A stretch of 64,000 nucleotides of DNA. Source: Gammaproteobacteria bacterium. Lineage in GTDB: Bacteria > Pseudomonadota > Gammaproteobacteria > Ga0077536. A program made the translations under genes and the position numbers. Under the pieces are notes generated by a model, which was given only the letters and a program-made list of their open reading frames with translations, searched no databases and had not been told where the DNA came from. How positions within the stretch are numbered: the stretch's first letter is position 1; every line of letters starts with the position of its first letter. Below, in pieces: positions 9,233 through 19,859 of the stretch. The stretch is taken from contig CAXXLL010000003.1 in NCBI GenBank assembly GCA_963662545.2, positions 1,312,001 through 1,376,000 of the forward strand, written 5' to 3'.

Positions 9233-10215
9233 GTCACGAGCGCCGGCAGAACTTCGTTCGAGACGCGCTCGAACTGAGCCGTTTCGTCATGGCCGATCAG
9301 ACGCAAGGTGACGGTCGTCGCACCGGCGTCGATGAACCGCCTGATCTCGTCGACGCAGCGCTGCGGATCGCCAACGGCCACCCAACGCTCGAGAAACTCG
9401 CGCTCGTAGTCGACGCCGTAGTAGTCCCGCAGATAGCCGGCCGTGACGGTCAGGCCGGCCTCGCGGTCGTCGTCCACGCGGATGTTGTAATAGAGGCATA
9501 CTTCGAAGTCATCCGGCAGAGTCCGCGATTGTTCTTCGGCATACCTACGTATTGCGTCGAGATTCTCGCCGAGGCTGTCGATGGTGTTGGCGGTCGTCAT
9601 CCAGCCGTCGCCATAATGCGCGACACGGCGCAGCGCGGATTCGCGGCGTTTCGGAAACGCCGCGTTGGGGTTCGCCGTCACCCAGATGGGTAAGGGCTGC
9701 TGCACCGGACGCGGCAGCACGGTAACACCCTTGAATCGATTGAACTCGCCTTCGTAGCTCGCGTTTTCCTCAACGGAGATGAGCCGCATGATCTCCATTG
9801 CCTCCTCCATGCGGCGGCTGCGAGAGGCCGGATCGATACCGAAGGCTGCAAATTCCTCGGCGAAGCGCCCGCCGCCCGCCTCGCGCTGGCCCTGGCAGGC
9901 AACGAAGATCGAACGCCCCTGACACATGTAGTCGAAACTCGCCCATTGGTAGGCGAGCAGCAAGGCATCTCTCAGCGGGGTGCTGGCCATGCACGCGACG
10001 CCGAGCTTGACCCGGCTGGTAACGGCGGCGAGCCCGCCCAGCGCCACCATAACGTCGAGCCGCGGCTTGGCGAAGATAGAATCCCCCAGCCACACCGAAT
10101 CCCACACGGGCGCGCGGTCGGCGGCTTTGGCGAGGCCCAGCATACCGGGCACGTCGGACATTCCGAGCACGACGCTGCGGTTGGAAAGGGTCAGACCGAA
10201 CTTCGTTCGACTCAT
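9229..10215 (-). CDS. LLM-class flavin-dependent oxidoreductase
   Basis: DSVWLGDS, AAVTSRVKLG, PRPVQQPLPIWV, RVAHYGDGW. Confidence 0.9.
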   Translation of the reverse strand: MSRTKFGLTLSNRSVVLGMSDVPGMLGLAKAADRAPVWDSVWLGDSIFAKPRLDVMVALGGLAAVTSRVKLGVACMASTPLRDALLLAYQWASFDYMCQGRSIFVACQGQREAGGGRFAEEFAAFGIDPASRSRRMEEAMEIMRLISVEENASYEGEFNRFKGVTVLPRPVQQPLPIWVTANPNAAFPKRRESALRRVAHYGDGWMTTANTIDSLGENLDAIRRYAEEQSRTLPDDFEVCLYYNIRVDDDREAGLTVTAGYLRDYYGVDYEREFLERWVAVGDPQRCVDEIRRFIDAGATTVTLRLIGHDETAQFERVSNEVLPALVT

Positions 10216-10403
10216 GTACGCAGACTCCCAAACATCGGCGGGCTCAACGAATCATACCGGAAGCGGGGTGGGCGCCGGATCATGGCAGACGATTTCTCCG
10301 CATAGCGCCTGGTGTACATCGAGCGCCGTTAGCCATCGCGTCCAACGGCAACCGCAGAACCGTATACTGTCGGCCGCTTTTTCATTCACCTTGGAGGTAG
10401 CCT

Positions 10404-11030
10404 ATGACAAGCCTGCTCTATATCGAAGCCTCGCCCCGCAAGAAACGATCCCATTCGATCCGCGTGACCGATGCTTTTCTTAGTGCCTACGGGTCCGCCA
10501 ACCCCGATCACCGCATCGATAAGCTCGACCTCTGGGCCGAACCCCTCCCCGCCTTCGACGGCGACATGATCGACGCGAAGTACGCCGTCATGCACGGCCA
10601 GGACCCTTCCGCGAGCGAACTCGAGGCCTGGCGTGAGGTCGAAAATATCTTCAGTCGCTTCGGCGATGCCGACAAATACGTTTTCAGCGTGCCCATGTGG
10701 AATTTCGGCATCCCGTATATTCTCAAGCACTATATTGACATCATCACCCAGCCCGGCATGGCGTGGAGCTTTGATCCTGACGCGGGATACAGCGGCCTCG
10801 TCAAAGGACCGGTGGTGGCAATTTACTCCAGTGGCGGCGCCTACCACGACGGCAGCGGCGCCGAAGCGTTCGATCTGCAGAAACCCTACCTGGAAAACTG
10901 GCTCGGGTTCATCGGCCTGACCGACGTCAAACGCGTCGTCGTTGCCGGCACGCTGGAAGCGCCGGAGGCGGTGAAACAGTCGGCGCAACAGGCCGTTGAG
11001 GAAGCGGCGCGCCTCGGGGCGATTTTCTAG
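10404..11030 (+). CDS. azoR: FMN-dependent NADH-azoreductase
   Basis: LYIEASPR, PMWNFGIPYILKHYID, SSGGAY; SD GGAGG. Confidence 0.9.
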   Translation: MTSLLYIEASPRKKRSHSIRVTDAFLSAYGSANPDHRIDKLDLWAEPLPAFDGDMIDAKYAVMHGQDPSASELEAWREVENIFSRFGDADKYVFSVPMWNFGIPYILKHYIDIITQPGMAWSFDPDAGYSGLVKGPVVAIYSSGGAYHDGSGAEAFDLQKPYLENWLGFIGLTDVKRVVVAGTLEAPEAVKQSAQQAVEEAARLGAIF

Positions 11031-11049
11031 AACGTGCCGGGGACCGTCC

Positions 11050-11619
11050 ATGAAGGTGCGTGAAAGCGGCATGCCCGAGCAGGCGTACTGGGAATCGCTC
11101 ATCGACCATTGCGGGCTGCTTGAGGAAATGAGTTTGCGTGACTGTGCGAGTGTGTTCGAATTCGGCGTTGGCTTTGGCTCAATACTGCAATGCTTTCACG
11201 GTGGAGACACCTCGGTCGCCGGCATCGATATCGACGAGAGCATGGTTAAGGTAACTCAGCAACGCCTCGACCGCCTGGGTATGGCGTCATCGATTCATCA
11301 AGGCGATTTTTTCGATGGCGCGCTGCTCGATTCGCTCGGGAAATTCAGTGTCTGCCTGTTGATGAACATCCTTCATCATACGGATCCACGCGCATTGACC
11401 GCGAGGGCCTCGCGCATGTTGATCCCCGACGGACGGATCGGGATCTGTCACTGGCGCGATGACATCGACACCCCCCGCGGACCGCCCATGGCAATCCGCA
11501 TCGGCATGGCCCAGGCCGAAGAGCTCGTCCGCAGTGAGGGTTTGTCCATATTGAAGTCGGGAAATTCGTTGAGCTCGCCCTACCATTATTACGTCGTTGG
11601 GGGCGTAACGCCGGCCTGA
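11050..11619 (+). CDS. Class I SAM-dependent methyltransferase
   Basis: EFGVGFG motif I, GIDID, NILH, TPRGPP. Confidence 0.8.
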   Translation: MKVRESGMPEQAYWESLIDHCGLLEEMSLRDCASVFEFGVGFGSILQCFHGGDTSVAGIDIDESMVKVTQQRLDRLGMASSIHQGDFFDGALLDSLGKFSVCLLMNILHHTDPRALTARASRMLIPDGRIGICHWRDDIDTPRGPPMAIRIGMAQAEELVRSEGLSILKSGNSLSSPYHYYVVGGVTPA

Positions 11620-11628
11620 CCAGGCGCT

Positions 11629-11652
11629 GTAGGAGCCTGCTTGCGGGCGAAC
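11629..11652 (+). repeat. GTAG-family REP-like element (single copy)
   Basis: GTAGGAGCCTGCTTGCGGGCGAAC, nearly identical to the arm at 31279-31302. Confidence 0.7.
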
Positions 11653-11667
11653 CTGCACATCGACTCT

Positions 11668-12873
11668 TTAGAATGACACTTCGACCCGCTCATAGCCGAG
11701 CACGAATGTCCCAAAGCGCTTCGGAATCGGTTCCACGTCGGCGCGTTTCAGCTCCGGCATCCGGCCCAGCATTTCTTCCAACATCACTCGGATCTCGAGT
11801 CTCGCGAGATGCGCGCCGAGACAATGATGTCTGCCGTACCCGCCGAAACTCAAATGGCGATTGGGATTCCGGCCGATGTCGAATTCATGCGGCCGGTCGA
11901 ACACTGAATCGTCCCGGTTGCCCGACTCGAACAGGGTAATGAGCTTGTCGTCCGCACCGATCTTCTGTCCGCCGAGATCCACCGCTTTCAGGGCTTTACG
12001 AGCGATCGTCTTCACCGGCGTAACCCACCGTAGCATTTCCTCGACGGCGGTTGGAATGCGTGAGAAGTCCGATTTCAATGCGTCAAACTGTTCACGGTTC
12101 TCAAGCAGCGCAACCACGCCGCCCGTGATGACGTGACGCGTCGTTTCATCGCCGCCCACCAGCAACAGCAGGGCCTCATGCATCCGATCCTTATCGCGCA
12201 GCGGGCGTCCAAGCACCTTGGCCTGCACGATCGCCGACAGAATATCGTCGCCGGGATCTTCGCGGCGGCGCTGGAACCATTCATCAATGTAACGCTCGAA
12301 CTCGCCGGCCGCTGCACGCACCTCCTCTGCGAAGCCAACGGGCATGTTGATGAATCCCGTGGCAATCAAATCCGACCAGTGCAGAAGACGTTCGTAGTCT
12401 GCATCGGGAAGATCCATCATCTTGCCGATGATCATCATCGGCAGCGGCATGGCGAGGTCTCTGACCAGGTCACAAGTGCCCTCAGGGCGCACGCCTTCGA
12501 TTAGATCAATCGCGACCTCCCTGACATAGGCTTCGTAACGTTTGACGGCGGTCGGCGTGAAACGCTGGCGGTTGATAGCGCGCCGCGCGAGGTGTTCAGG
12601 AGCGTCGTGGTTGATCATCGAGGGGACGGGGGGCGCATCGGGTCGCGAACCGCCGCGCACCGAGAAGAGATCATGGCGTGATGATACTTCCCGGATATCG
12701 TCATAGCGCGTAATGCCCCAAGCTCCCCGTCCGTCCCAGGTGTCAGCGTCCGCATCCCAGTACACCGGTGCATGCTTGCGCATCCATGCGTAGGCTTCAT
12801 GCGGATCTGCGTGAAAAGATGGATCCATGATGCGAATGTCTTCGCGGATCGGATGAGTCGGAGCAGCGGTCAT
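11668..12873 (-). CDS. Cytochrome P450 (resembles CYP125/142-type lipid/steroid P450s)
   Basis: I-helix GGDETT, ExxR (EMLR), heme motif FGGYGRHHCLG. The start codon is uncertain. Confidence 0.93.
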   Translation of the reverse strand: MTAAPTHPIREDIRIMDPSFHADPHEAYAWMRKHAPVYWDADADTWDGRGAWGITRYDDIREVSSRHDLFSVRGGSRPDAPPVPSMINHDAPEHLARRAINRQRFTPTAVKRYEAYVREVAIDLIEGVRPEGTCDLVRDLAMPLPMMIIGKMMDLPDADYERLLHWSDLIATGFINMPVGFAEEVRAAAGEFERYIDEWFQRRREDPGDDILSAIVQAKVLGRPLRDKDRMHEALLLLVGGDETTRHVITGGVVALLENREQFDALKSDFSRIPTAVEEMLRWVTPVKTIARKALKAVDLGGQKIGADDKLITLFESGNRDDSVFDRPHEFDIGRNPNRHLSFGGYGRHHCLGAHLARLEIRVMLEEMLGRMPELKRADVEPIPKRFGTFVLGYERVEVSF

Positions 12874-13033
12874 AAGGGGTTGTCGCGCCGCCGGGCGCGA
12901 CTTTTCTGGAAAACGCGAACGGAAACCGGATTTACCCACGACACGCGCGAGGATCCGAATCCCGTCGATAGGGCGTCCGAAAGCAGCGTTTTGCTGCTTC
13001 CGCTCTTAGTTAGAGCCAGTGAGTTTGCTCGAC

Positions 13034-14122
13034 TCAGGCAGCGCGGCCTGTCGCCTCCATTCCCCAGCTCTTGAGTTCCGGAAGAACCTCTTTGCCGAGC
13101 AGGCGCAGACTTGCTTCGACGTCTTCGAACGGCATTCCGGCATAGCTCGCTATCACCGTCCACTCGAAATCGCCCAGTGCCTTCTGACGTTTTTCAAGCT
13201 TGTCGAGGATCTGCTGCGGCGTGCCATAGGCCTGCACGTCGACGTAGTCCTCGAGCGACTGTTCTTTACCCGCCGCTTTGAGAATGTCCGCAGCCGCCGC
13301 GTAGGACTCGTACCCCTTGGTATCGCGATGGTAGTCATCGAGGAACTCGTAGTGCTCGAGCACCGAAAGGTAATAACCGGCGATGTACTTGCGCGCCATT
13401 TCCTCGGCGCGGCCGGCATCACGATCGCAGTAGGTCACATCGATGCAAAGTGGCGGCGGCGGCGGCGATTTATGGGCTTTCTTGAACGCATCGCGGTAGA
13501 GTTCGACCCCCGGTATGTGTTTTTCGATATCAAACTGGAGGAAGAACATCATCGTCGCGCCGAGATCAGCAATGATTGGCGCAGATTCGGGAGACATGGC
13601 GACACCGTAGGTCCGATCCTTGAACGAGCGGCTGGGGCGCGGACGGATCTCGGTACGTTTCTGCGGATAATAGGGACCGTCGCCTTCGATGAATCCGGTT
13701 TCGAGCGCCTTCAGTATCATGCTTGCCGCCTCGTCGAAACGCCCGCGGGCTTCCTCCATGTCGATACCAAAGGATTCGTATTCCATACGCGCGAGTCCTC
13801 GGCCAACGCCGAACACGAGTCGGCCGTCGCATAAGGCGTCCAGCATGGACAGCTTCTCGGCGACCCGGATCGGCGAGTTCCACGGTAGGATTACTGCGGC
13901 CGTGCCGAGTTTGATCTTCGAGGTGCGGCCGGCGAGATAGGTCAGGGCCTGGACGTTGTCAGGAACCATCGAGTATGAGTCGAAGTGATGTTCGGCTGAC
14001 CAACACACGTCAAACCCGCACTCTTCGGTGAGCTCGGCAAGCCGCATTTCATTTTTCACCATGTCCACGTCGGACAAGCCTTCGTGGGCGTTCTGAAACA
14101 GCATCAAGTATCCAGTCTGCAT
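13034..14122 (-). CDS. LLM-class (luciferase-like) flavin monooxygenase
   Basis: WSAEHHF, PIRVAEKLSMLD, FGVGRG. Confidence 0.92.
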   Translation of the reverse strand: MQTGYLMLFQNAHEGLSDVDMVKNEMRLAELTEECGFDVCWSAEHHFDSYSMVPDNVQALTYLAGRTSKIKLGTAAVILPWNSPIRVAEKLSMLDALCDGRLVFGVGRGLARMEYESFGIDMEEARGRFDEAASMILKALETGFIEGDGPYYPQKRTEIRPRPSRSFKDRTYGVAMSPESAPIIADLGATMMFFLQFDIEKHIPGVELYRDAFKKAHKSPPPPPLCIDVTYCDRDAGRAEEMARKYIAGYYLSVLEHYEFLDDYHRDTKGYESYAAAADILKAAGKEQSLEDYVDVQAYGTPQQILDKLEKRQKALGDFEWTVIASYAGMPFEDVEASLRLLGKEVLPELKSWGMEATGRAA

Positions 14123-14544
14123 ATTCGTTTTCTCCGTAAGTCAACGACCGTATTCACACGATTGGCGTCCGGTCTCGGAACTGCTCGAAGCAAGCGCGAT
14201 TTGCATAGTGTGAACCAAACGCGCCGGCAAGGAAAATCCGACTTTTGACGAGCGTCTGCGCCGGGCATTTTGCGGCACTCCTGCTTTGCTCGAAACGCTT
14301 ATACGGCGGTCGTCGTTCGATCGTTCAACTATAAAAAGTGTCGTGCGTTTGCATCGTATCGAGGTACTCCCGCACCCGGCGGATCCTGCCGTCGGCGACT
14401 TCGAAATGGCGAAAATGTCAAAACTTACCGGCCCATCAAATCGATCCGGAAGCAATAACACGCGATCGGTATTACGCCGATACCGACGACGAATTTCCAT
14501 TTGCACCATAATCGCCGCCGGATGAAACCGCTATACTTCGCCGC

Positions 14545-15324
14545 ATGAATACCCAGACGACTGAACACCGCATTCTGATCGTCAATGACGACGGCATCCA
14601 CTCCCGCGGTATCGCGCTCCTCGAAAACATCGCGCGCGGCATTACGGACGACGTGTGGGTGGTCGCACCGGACCACGAAAAAAGCGGCGCCAGCCATTCG
14701 ATCTCACTGACCATTCCGATCCGCATGCGCCAGCTCGGCGAAAAGCGCTACCAGATCACGGGCACTCCGACCGACTGCGTCCTGATGGCCGTGTCGGTAT
14801 TCATGCGCGATGCACCGCCGACCGTCATTCTTTCAGGTATCAACAGCGGCGCCAACCTGGCGGAGGACGTTAGCTATTCCGGAACGACGGCCGCCGCCAT
14901 GGAAGGGACTTTACTCGGAATACGGTCCATTGCCTTGAGTCAAATTCGCGCGCTCGACAGCCAGGCCGACTTCGCTCCCACGGAAAAGTACGGTCCTGAA
15001 CTCGTCAGGAAGCTGATCGATCTAAAACAGTGGCCTGAAGGCTCTTTTATCAACATTAATTTTCCGAACGTATCTCCGGATGAAGTGACCGGCATCAGGC
15101 TGACGAAACAGGGCCAACGTCCCCCGGGCTCGTTTTCGATCGACGCGCGGATCGATGCGCGATCGCAACCCTATTACTGGGTGAAGATCGCCTACCCACC
15201 CGGCAATGAGTACCCCGGTACCGACCTCCACGCGATTGCCGCCAAGGCCGTATCAATCACGCCGATCAAGATGGACTTCTCCGATCACGACTGGCGCCAA
15301 GCTCTCGACCCAGTCATCGCCTAA
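14545..15324 (+). CDS. surE: 5'/3'-nucleotidase SurE
   Basis: ILIVNDDGIHS, SGASHS, GTPTDCV, SGINSGANL, YSGT. Confidence 0.96.
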   Translation: MNTQTTEHRILIVNDDGIHSRGIALLENIARGITDDVWVVAPDHEKSGASHSISLTIPIRMRQLGEKRYQITGTPTDCVLMAVSVFMRDAPPTVILSGINSGANLAEDVSYSGTTAAAMEGTLLGIRSIALSQIRALDSQADFAPTEKYGPELVRKLIDLKQWPEGSFININFPNVSPDEVTGIRLTKQGQRPPGSFSIDARIDARSQPYYWVKIAYPPGNEYPGTDLHAIAAKAVSITPIKMDFSDHDWRQALDPVIA

Positions 15325-15486
15325 GGAACCTCTGAATAAGTCATGGTGCTTCTGAATGGTTCATGAAATTGTGCAGATCAAGGCACGAATCGCAGGCCAT
15401 AGCGGGGACTAGGGCTAAGGTTCGTAACGCCGAGCTGCGCGATTTCATGGGCAAGGCAGATGTGCCATGATTTATTCAGAGGTTCC
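15325..15486. mobile_element. 162-bp non-autonomous MITE, IS5-like, copy 1
   Basis: Terminal inverted repeats GGAACCTCTGAATAA...TTATTCAGAGGTTCC, flanked by a CTAA direct repeat (15321-24 and 15487-90). Confidence 0.88.
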
Positions 15487-15512
15487 CTAATTACTCGAAG
15501 ACGGAAATTCTT

Positions 15513-16235
15513 GTGAAAGGCGTTTTTTTCGACCTCGGGGGCACCTTATACAGCTACCGCAACGTACCTCGCGCGACCGCACCCCTGTTGATAGAAGCGG
15601 CCGAGCGGCTCGGCCTGATGGCGGATTTCGAAGACATCAAGCGCGCGTACAACCAGGCAGCAAGCGACATGACGGCCGCGTATGCGGCAAAGTCCTATTA
15701 CCTGCACCGAGATTTTTTTCGCGACACCTTCATGCGCTTCGCCGAACTTGTCGGCGGCAAGCCCGATGACTCGGTGCATGCCTGGTATCACGACGCACAT
15801 CGCACCGCGATCATCGATTGCCTGGTATTGAAAGACGATTGCATCGATACGCTGTCACACCTAAAGGATCAAGGGTATTACCTTTCGATCGTGTCGAACA
15901 TTGATGACGACATGCTGCAGCCACTCGTCGTACGCGAGGGATTGGATAAATTTTTCGATCATTGGATGAGTTCGGAAGCTGCGCAGTCCTGTAAACCCGA
16001 CCGCCGGTTCTTCGATGCGGCGCTGGATAAGTCCGGGCTCAATTCGAAGTCGGTGTTATTCGTCGGAGATTCGCCGGAACACGATGTAGCCGGCGCGAAA
16101 GCCGCCGGCATGAACGCCGCACTGATCATCGACGGCGGCATGGAACCGCCGCTGCAGACCGGGCGTGACACCGTGGCACCCGACTATACGATTCATAACT
16201 TGAACGAGTTAAAGGAATTGCTACCCAGGCGGTAA
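15513..16235 (+). CDS. HAD-family hydrolase
   Basis: FFDLGGTL, IVSN, KPD, FVGDSPEHDVAGA. Confidence 0.9.
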   Translation: MKGVFFDLGGTLYSYRNVPRATAPLLIEAAERLGLMADFEDIKRAYNQAASDMTAAYAAKSYYLHRDFFRDTFMRFAELVGGKPDDSVHAWYHDAHRTAIIDCLVLKDDCIDTLSHLKDQGYYLSIVSNIDDDMLQPLVVREGLDKFFDHWMSSEAAQSCKPDRRFFDAALDKSGLNSKSVLFVGDSPEHDVAGAKAAGMNAALIIDGGMEPPLQTGRDTVAPDYTIHNLNELKELLPRR

Positions 16236-16571
16236 CGCACGGTTCCCCCTCTGAATCTCAGCTCGTGCGGATACGGCGAATCTGCCAAGCCATGGGGACA
16301 TCGTCATCAACAGCCGAATCCGAAATCGAATGGTCTCAATCCCCCGATAAACGGACGGCAGTATTTGATCTAATATGAGCAGGATGGTGAATAATGCCTC
16401 TCTGACATTATTGACCTCTCGGCGACGAAAACCGACGTCGCGTTGCGCTCCTTCCATCAAGCACTGGCATGTTAGAGGGATGCCGGTACCGCTGGTTCTG
16501 GAAAGACGCTGGCGATAAACCGATTTTTGCAGCGCTTTGTATACGGACGAATCAACAATGGAGAACAAAAC

Positions 16572-16961
16572 ATGTCTAAAGCATCCGCGAATCTCGTCGC
16601 CGCCATCAAGGCGGCGAACAAAGTGCTCAGTGCGGCATTCGCCTCCGGCGACATGAAGAAGACCGCGGCTTGTTATACGAAGAACGCGAGATTGCTGGCG
16701 CCAAATACGCCGGCATGCAATGGCCAGGCCGCGATCGCGCGCTTCTGGACAGGCGCCCGCGATATGGGTATCGGACGGGTGGCGCTGCGCACGATTGAAA
16801 TCGATTCTCACGGTACGACGGCGATCGAAACCGGCGCCTACACCTTGAAAACTGCGCGGGGAACAAATCTCGATAAGGGCAAGTATGTGGTCGTTTGGAA
16901 AAGCCAGCGGGGAAAATGGAAACTGCACTGGGACATCTTCAACAGCAACAATCCATCCTGA
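16572..16961 (+). CDS. DUF4440/SnoaL-like NTF2-fold protein
   Basis: YTKNARLLAP, GKYVVVWK, WKLHWDIFNS; SD GGAG. Confidence 0.85.
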   Translation: MSKASANLVAAIKAANKVLSAAFASGDMKKTAACYTKNARLLAPNTPACNGQAAIARFWTGARDMGIGRVALRTIEIDSHGTTAIETGAYTLKTARGTNLDKGKYVVVWKSQRGKWKLHWDIFNSNNPS

Positions 16962-17027
16962 TCGCTTGACGAGAAGCGGAGGCGCCCGTGCGGCGCTTTC
17001 GCAAATCCCAGAAACCGCCTTCGACAA

Positions 17028-17432
17028 ATGCCCGCTACGCTGACACATCTCGCACTCCACGTCGCCGACCTGGACCGTTGTCTTGCGTTCTACCAGGACT
17101 ACTGCAAGCTCCGCATCGTGCACGATCGGCTCGACCGGGGTAACCGCATCGTCTGGCTCGCGGAGCCCGGCAAGGAAGAAGAATTCATCCTGGTGTTCAT
17201 TCCCGGCGGACCACGCCGCGATCAAAGCTCCGACGATTTCTCACATCTCGGCTTCGCTCTCGATAGCCGCGAGGCCGTCGACGAGATCGCTACACGCGCT
17301 CGCGCGGACGACATTATTGAATGGGAACCGCGCGATGAACCCTACCCCGTCGGTTATTACTGCGGGGTCAGGGATCCCGACGGTAATTTTGTGGAGTTCA
17401 GTTTCGGCCAGCCGCTCGGCGCCGGCGCCTGA
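17028..17432 (+). CDS. VOC/glyoxalase protein
   Basis: LTHLALHVADL, HLGF, RDPDGNFVEFS. Confidence 0.9.
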   Translation: MPATLTHLALHVADLDRCLAFYQDYCKLRIVHDRLDRGNRIVWLAEPGKEEEFILVFIPGGPRRDQSSDDFSHLGFALDSREAVDEIATRARADDIIEWEPRDEPYPVGYYCGVRDPDGNFVEFSFGQPLGAGA

Positions 17433-17497
17433 AGGTAGGCGCCTTCATTCGAAACCGCTGATATCACCCTTGCCGTCGTAGCCTGGTCAGGCTTCGA

Positions 17498-18235
17498 TCA
17501 CGATGATCGCTTCCTCTTTCTACGTCTTTCCCTTCGCGGGCGGTCGCTTTCGCGATCCTCCTTTAATTCGATCGGTGCCAGATTATCCTCCGCGATCTGA
17601 TTTTCACGGCGGCGTTTGAGACGGCGCCGCGTACGTCTCCCCGCGATATAAAGAATCGGAAGTACGACCAGCCCCATGATGGGATAGGACCAGGCTGCCA
17701 CGATCAATGGCAAAAACCCTGTCTGGAAGCTGATCGGCAAGATCAAATCGGGAGAAACATCGTATACCGTGGTACGGAATCTACCGCTATCGGTTTCGCA
17801 ACGGGCTCGGATCCGCTGCGAATCCTCCCCGTCCGTACTCAGAATCCGATAGCTAAATTGATTGTCATAACTTTTTAGCATTTCTCCCTGCCGCTCCGCC
17901 GGCAGGATGAACCTCGCTCCTTCTTCGATGCGCTTTAGCAGGTTTTCCTGCAGCGCTACGAAACCGCTGCCGCGCGAATCCTCGATGTCGCGCAGACGCC
18001 TGTCCGTATTGACGTAGATAATGCAGAGTTCGACGTAGTCGTGAGGGGGTGGCCAACCTGATTCACCCACCAGATTATTCGTGCACCAGAGAATCGCGGA
18101 GAGACCAGCGGGCAGAACGACGAATGCCGTCAAGAACGGATGACTCAAGGGCCCGGCAAAAGTGTACTCAAACGGTGTCCGTCGCTGCTTGCGCCGACGC
18201 TTGGCTCCCTTGGTTTCTCCTGTCTGCTTCATCAT
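17498..18235 (-). CDS. Hypothetical membrane protein
   Basis: Two hydrophobic segments with basic N- and C-terminal tails; no family recognised. Confidence 0.6.
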   Translation of the reverse strand: MMKQTGETKGAKRRRKQRRTPFEYTFAGPLSHPFLTAFVVLPAGLSAILWCTNNLVGESGWPPPHDYVELCIIYVNTDRRLRDIEDSRGSGFVALQENLLKRIEEGARFILPAERQGEMLKSYDNQFSYRILSTDGEDSQRIRARCETDSGRFRTTVYDVSPDLILPISFQTGFLPLIVAAWSYPIMGLVVLPILYIAGRRTRRRLKRRRENQIAEDNLAPIELKEDRESDRPRRERRRKRKRSS

Positions 18236-18419
18236 GCCGTCGTCACTCGGATCTCGATCTGGCCCGCTGACGGAAAACGCCAGTCTTTACCGATGTGTGT
18301 CCGTTAGCTACTCGTATCAGCGGCCCTTTGGCGCCCAATCTTTAAACCGATCGAACGCGAAGTAATAGGCGAACCGCCCCACGGACGCAGCCGGTGATTC
18401 AGCGTCTGGAACGGCCTCC

Positions 18420-19328
18420 TTACCCGACCGGACCCAACTCTTTGGTAAAGAAATCGATCGCCAGCTTGTTCGATTGCGTCAACCCGGGCTCCGAATAAAG
18501 CCCCGTTTGGTCGAACGGCAAAAATTCAAGCCGTTTGGGCTCGCGCGCACGCTCGAACAGTTCAGCGACGCTCCACGCCGGGTGGACGATGTCGCGGCCG
18601 GAAGTGCTGATGATGAGATAGGGACGCGGCGTGATGCGATGGACGAAGGACAGCGGGCTGAATTCGATAATTTTTTCTATGGACTCAAGCGTAATCGAAT
18701 CCTTCCAGGTTGGAAACGCTTCCGGTACACCCTCGAAAAATTCCATGATCCCCGCGTCCGAAGGCATGCCACACAGGCTTCCTTGCGGGCCGAGCACCGG
18801 AATTCGATCGCCTCTGCCACCGGCAAAGCGCTTCGCACGGTCGGCTTCGACCGCCGCTAGTAATTCATCGAAGTTGACTTCGCTACGCAGAAGTTTCATC
18901 CACGTATAGCCATCCGTCACGGGCACCATGGCACAGACTGCTTTGGCACGGCGATCAATGGCCCCTACATAGCTCACCACAGCTCCAGCAAAACTCGCGC
19001 CCCAGATACCGATGCGTTTGGGATCGACGTTGCGTCGCGATTGCAGATAACTGATGCCGTTGCGGAAGTCCTCCGCTTCGTTAAGCGGGAATAACTGGCC
19101 GCGCGGTTTACCACCCGCTTTGCCGAACGTGCGGTAGTCGATTGCAAGCACGATGAAGCCGGCCTCACAAAAGGCGGTAGCCTGTTGAGTCAGAAACGAT
19201 TTGTTCAGCGAAAAACCATGGCCGATGACGAGGCCGGGGCGGCGCTCGCTGCGCGCAAGGCCTGACGGTTTGTATAGATCTGCGGTGCAATCAACGCCGC
19301 CGCTCTTGAAAGAAATCTCTTTTACCAT
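18420..19328 (-). CDS. Alpha/beta hydrolase (peptidase S15/CocE-like N-terminus)
   Basis: IGHGFS, IDYRTFG, nucleophile elbow GIWGASFAG. Confidence 0.88.
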   Translation of the reverse strand: MVKEISFKSGGVDCTADLYKPSGLARSERRPGLVIGHGFSLNKSFLTQQATAFCEAGFIVLAIDYRTFGKAGGKPRGQLFPLNEAEDFRNGISYLQSRRNVDPKRIGIWGASFAGAVVSYVGAIDRRAKAVCAMVPVTDGYTWMKLLRSEVNFDELLAAVEADRAKRFAGGRGDRIPVLGPQGSLCGMPSDAGIMEFFEGVPEAFPTWKDSITLESIEKIIEFSPLSFVHRITPRPYLIISTSGRDIVHPAWSVAELFERAREPKRLEFLPFDQTGLYSEPGLTQSNKLAIDFFTKELGPVG

Positions 19329-19379
19329 TTTGGCTTCTCCTCGCAACACGTAGTGTCGAAAATATTTTTGAAAGGGGTG

Positions 19380-19829
19380 TCAGCCCGATTCCTCGAGGCG
19401 GAACACCGGATACATTTCGGCAATTTCGTTGAACGATTCGAGATCCGCATCGGCGCCGATCGGGAAGTAGCGCCTGACCTCGGTTTGATATGCATTTAGA
19501 TACGCCTTGAGCAAAGGCGCCCTCTCGTCGGTGCCGAGCTCCGTCACGGGATAGGTCCGGGCCGAGGCGCCGCGCCGCAAGACGACCGCCCCCGCGGCTC
19601 TCGCGTTTCGCACCCATTGTGTTTGACCGCGTGGTGCGACGAGATAAGTGCAGCCATCCACCTCGATCGGATCAACCGGCGTTGCATATCGACGACCGGA
19701 GCGCCGTCCCCGCACTTCCAATACGCGCATGTGGCCCGGGCCAATACCGAGGCTGATGAGTTTACCAAGCATCTTGTTGAAGAATGCTTCAATGACGGTG
19801 GCACACCTGAACTCAGTCGACCTATTCAT
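19380..19829 (-). CDS. Ddn-like deazaflavin-dependent nitroreductase-family (split beta-barrel) protein
   Basis: LEVRGRRSG...TPV, WVRNARAAG, C-terminal YPVFRL. Confidence 0.8.
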   Translation of the reverse strand: MNRSTEFRCATVIEAFFNKMLGKLISLGIGPGHMRVLEVRGRRSGRRYATPVDPIEVDGCTYLVAPRGQTQWVRNARAAGAVVLRRGASARTYPVTELGTDERAPLLKAYLNAYQTEVRRYFPIGADADLESFNEIAEMYPVFRLEESG

Positions 19830-19859
19830 CGCCAGCGAGCGGTTCTCTGTACGGTCATG

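Noticed and set aside
14123-14544. Small gene or structured RNA in the 420-bp divergent gap before surE
   Set aside because: No recognisable motif, credible ORF or strong hairpin was seen; a covariance-model search would be needed to exclude an ncRNA.
16221-17225. Long antisense ORFs (e.g. 16221..17225, 20792..21754, 31709..32794, 45957..46958, 49747..50667, 63024..63548)
   Set aside because: They are shadow frames opposite well-supported genes, as expected from high-GC codon bias, and carry no motifs.
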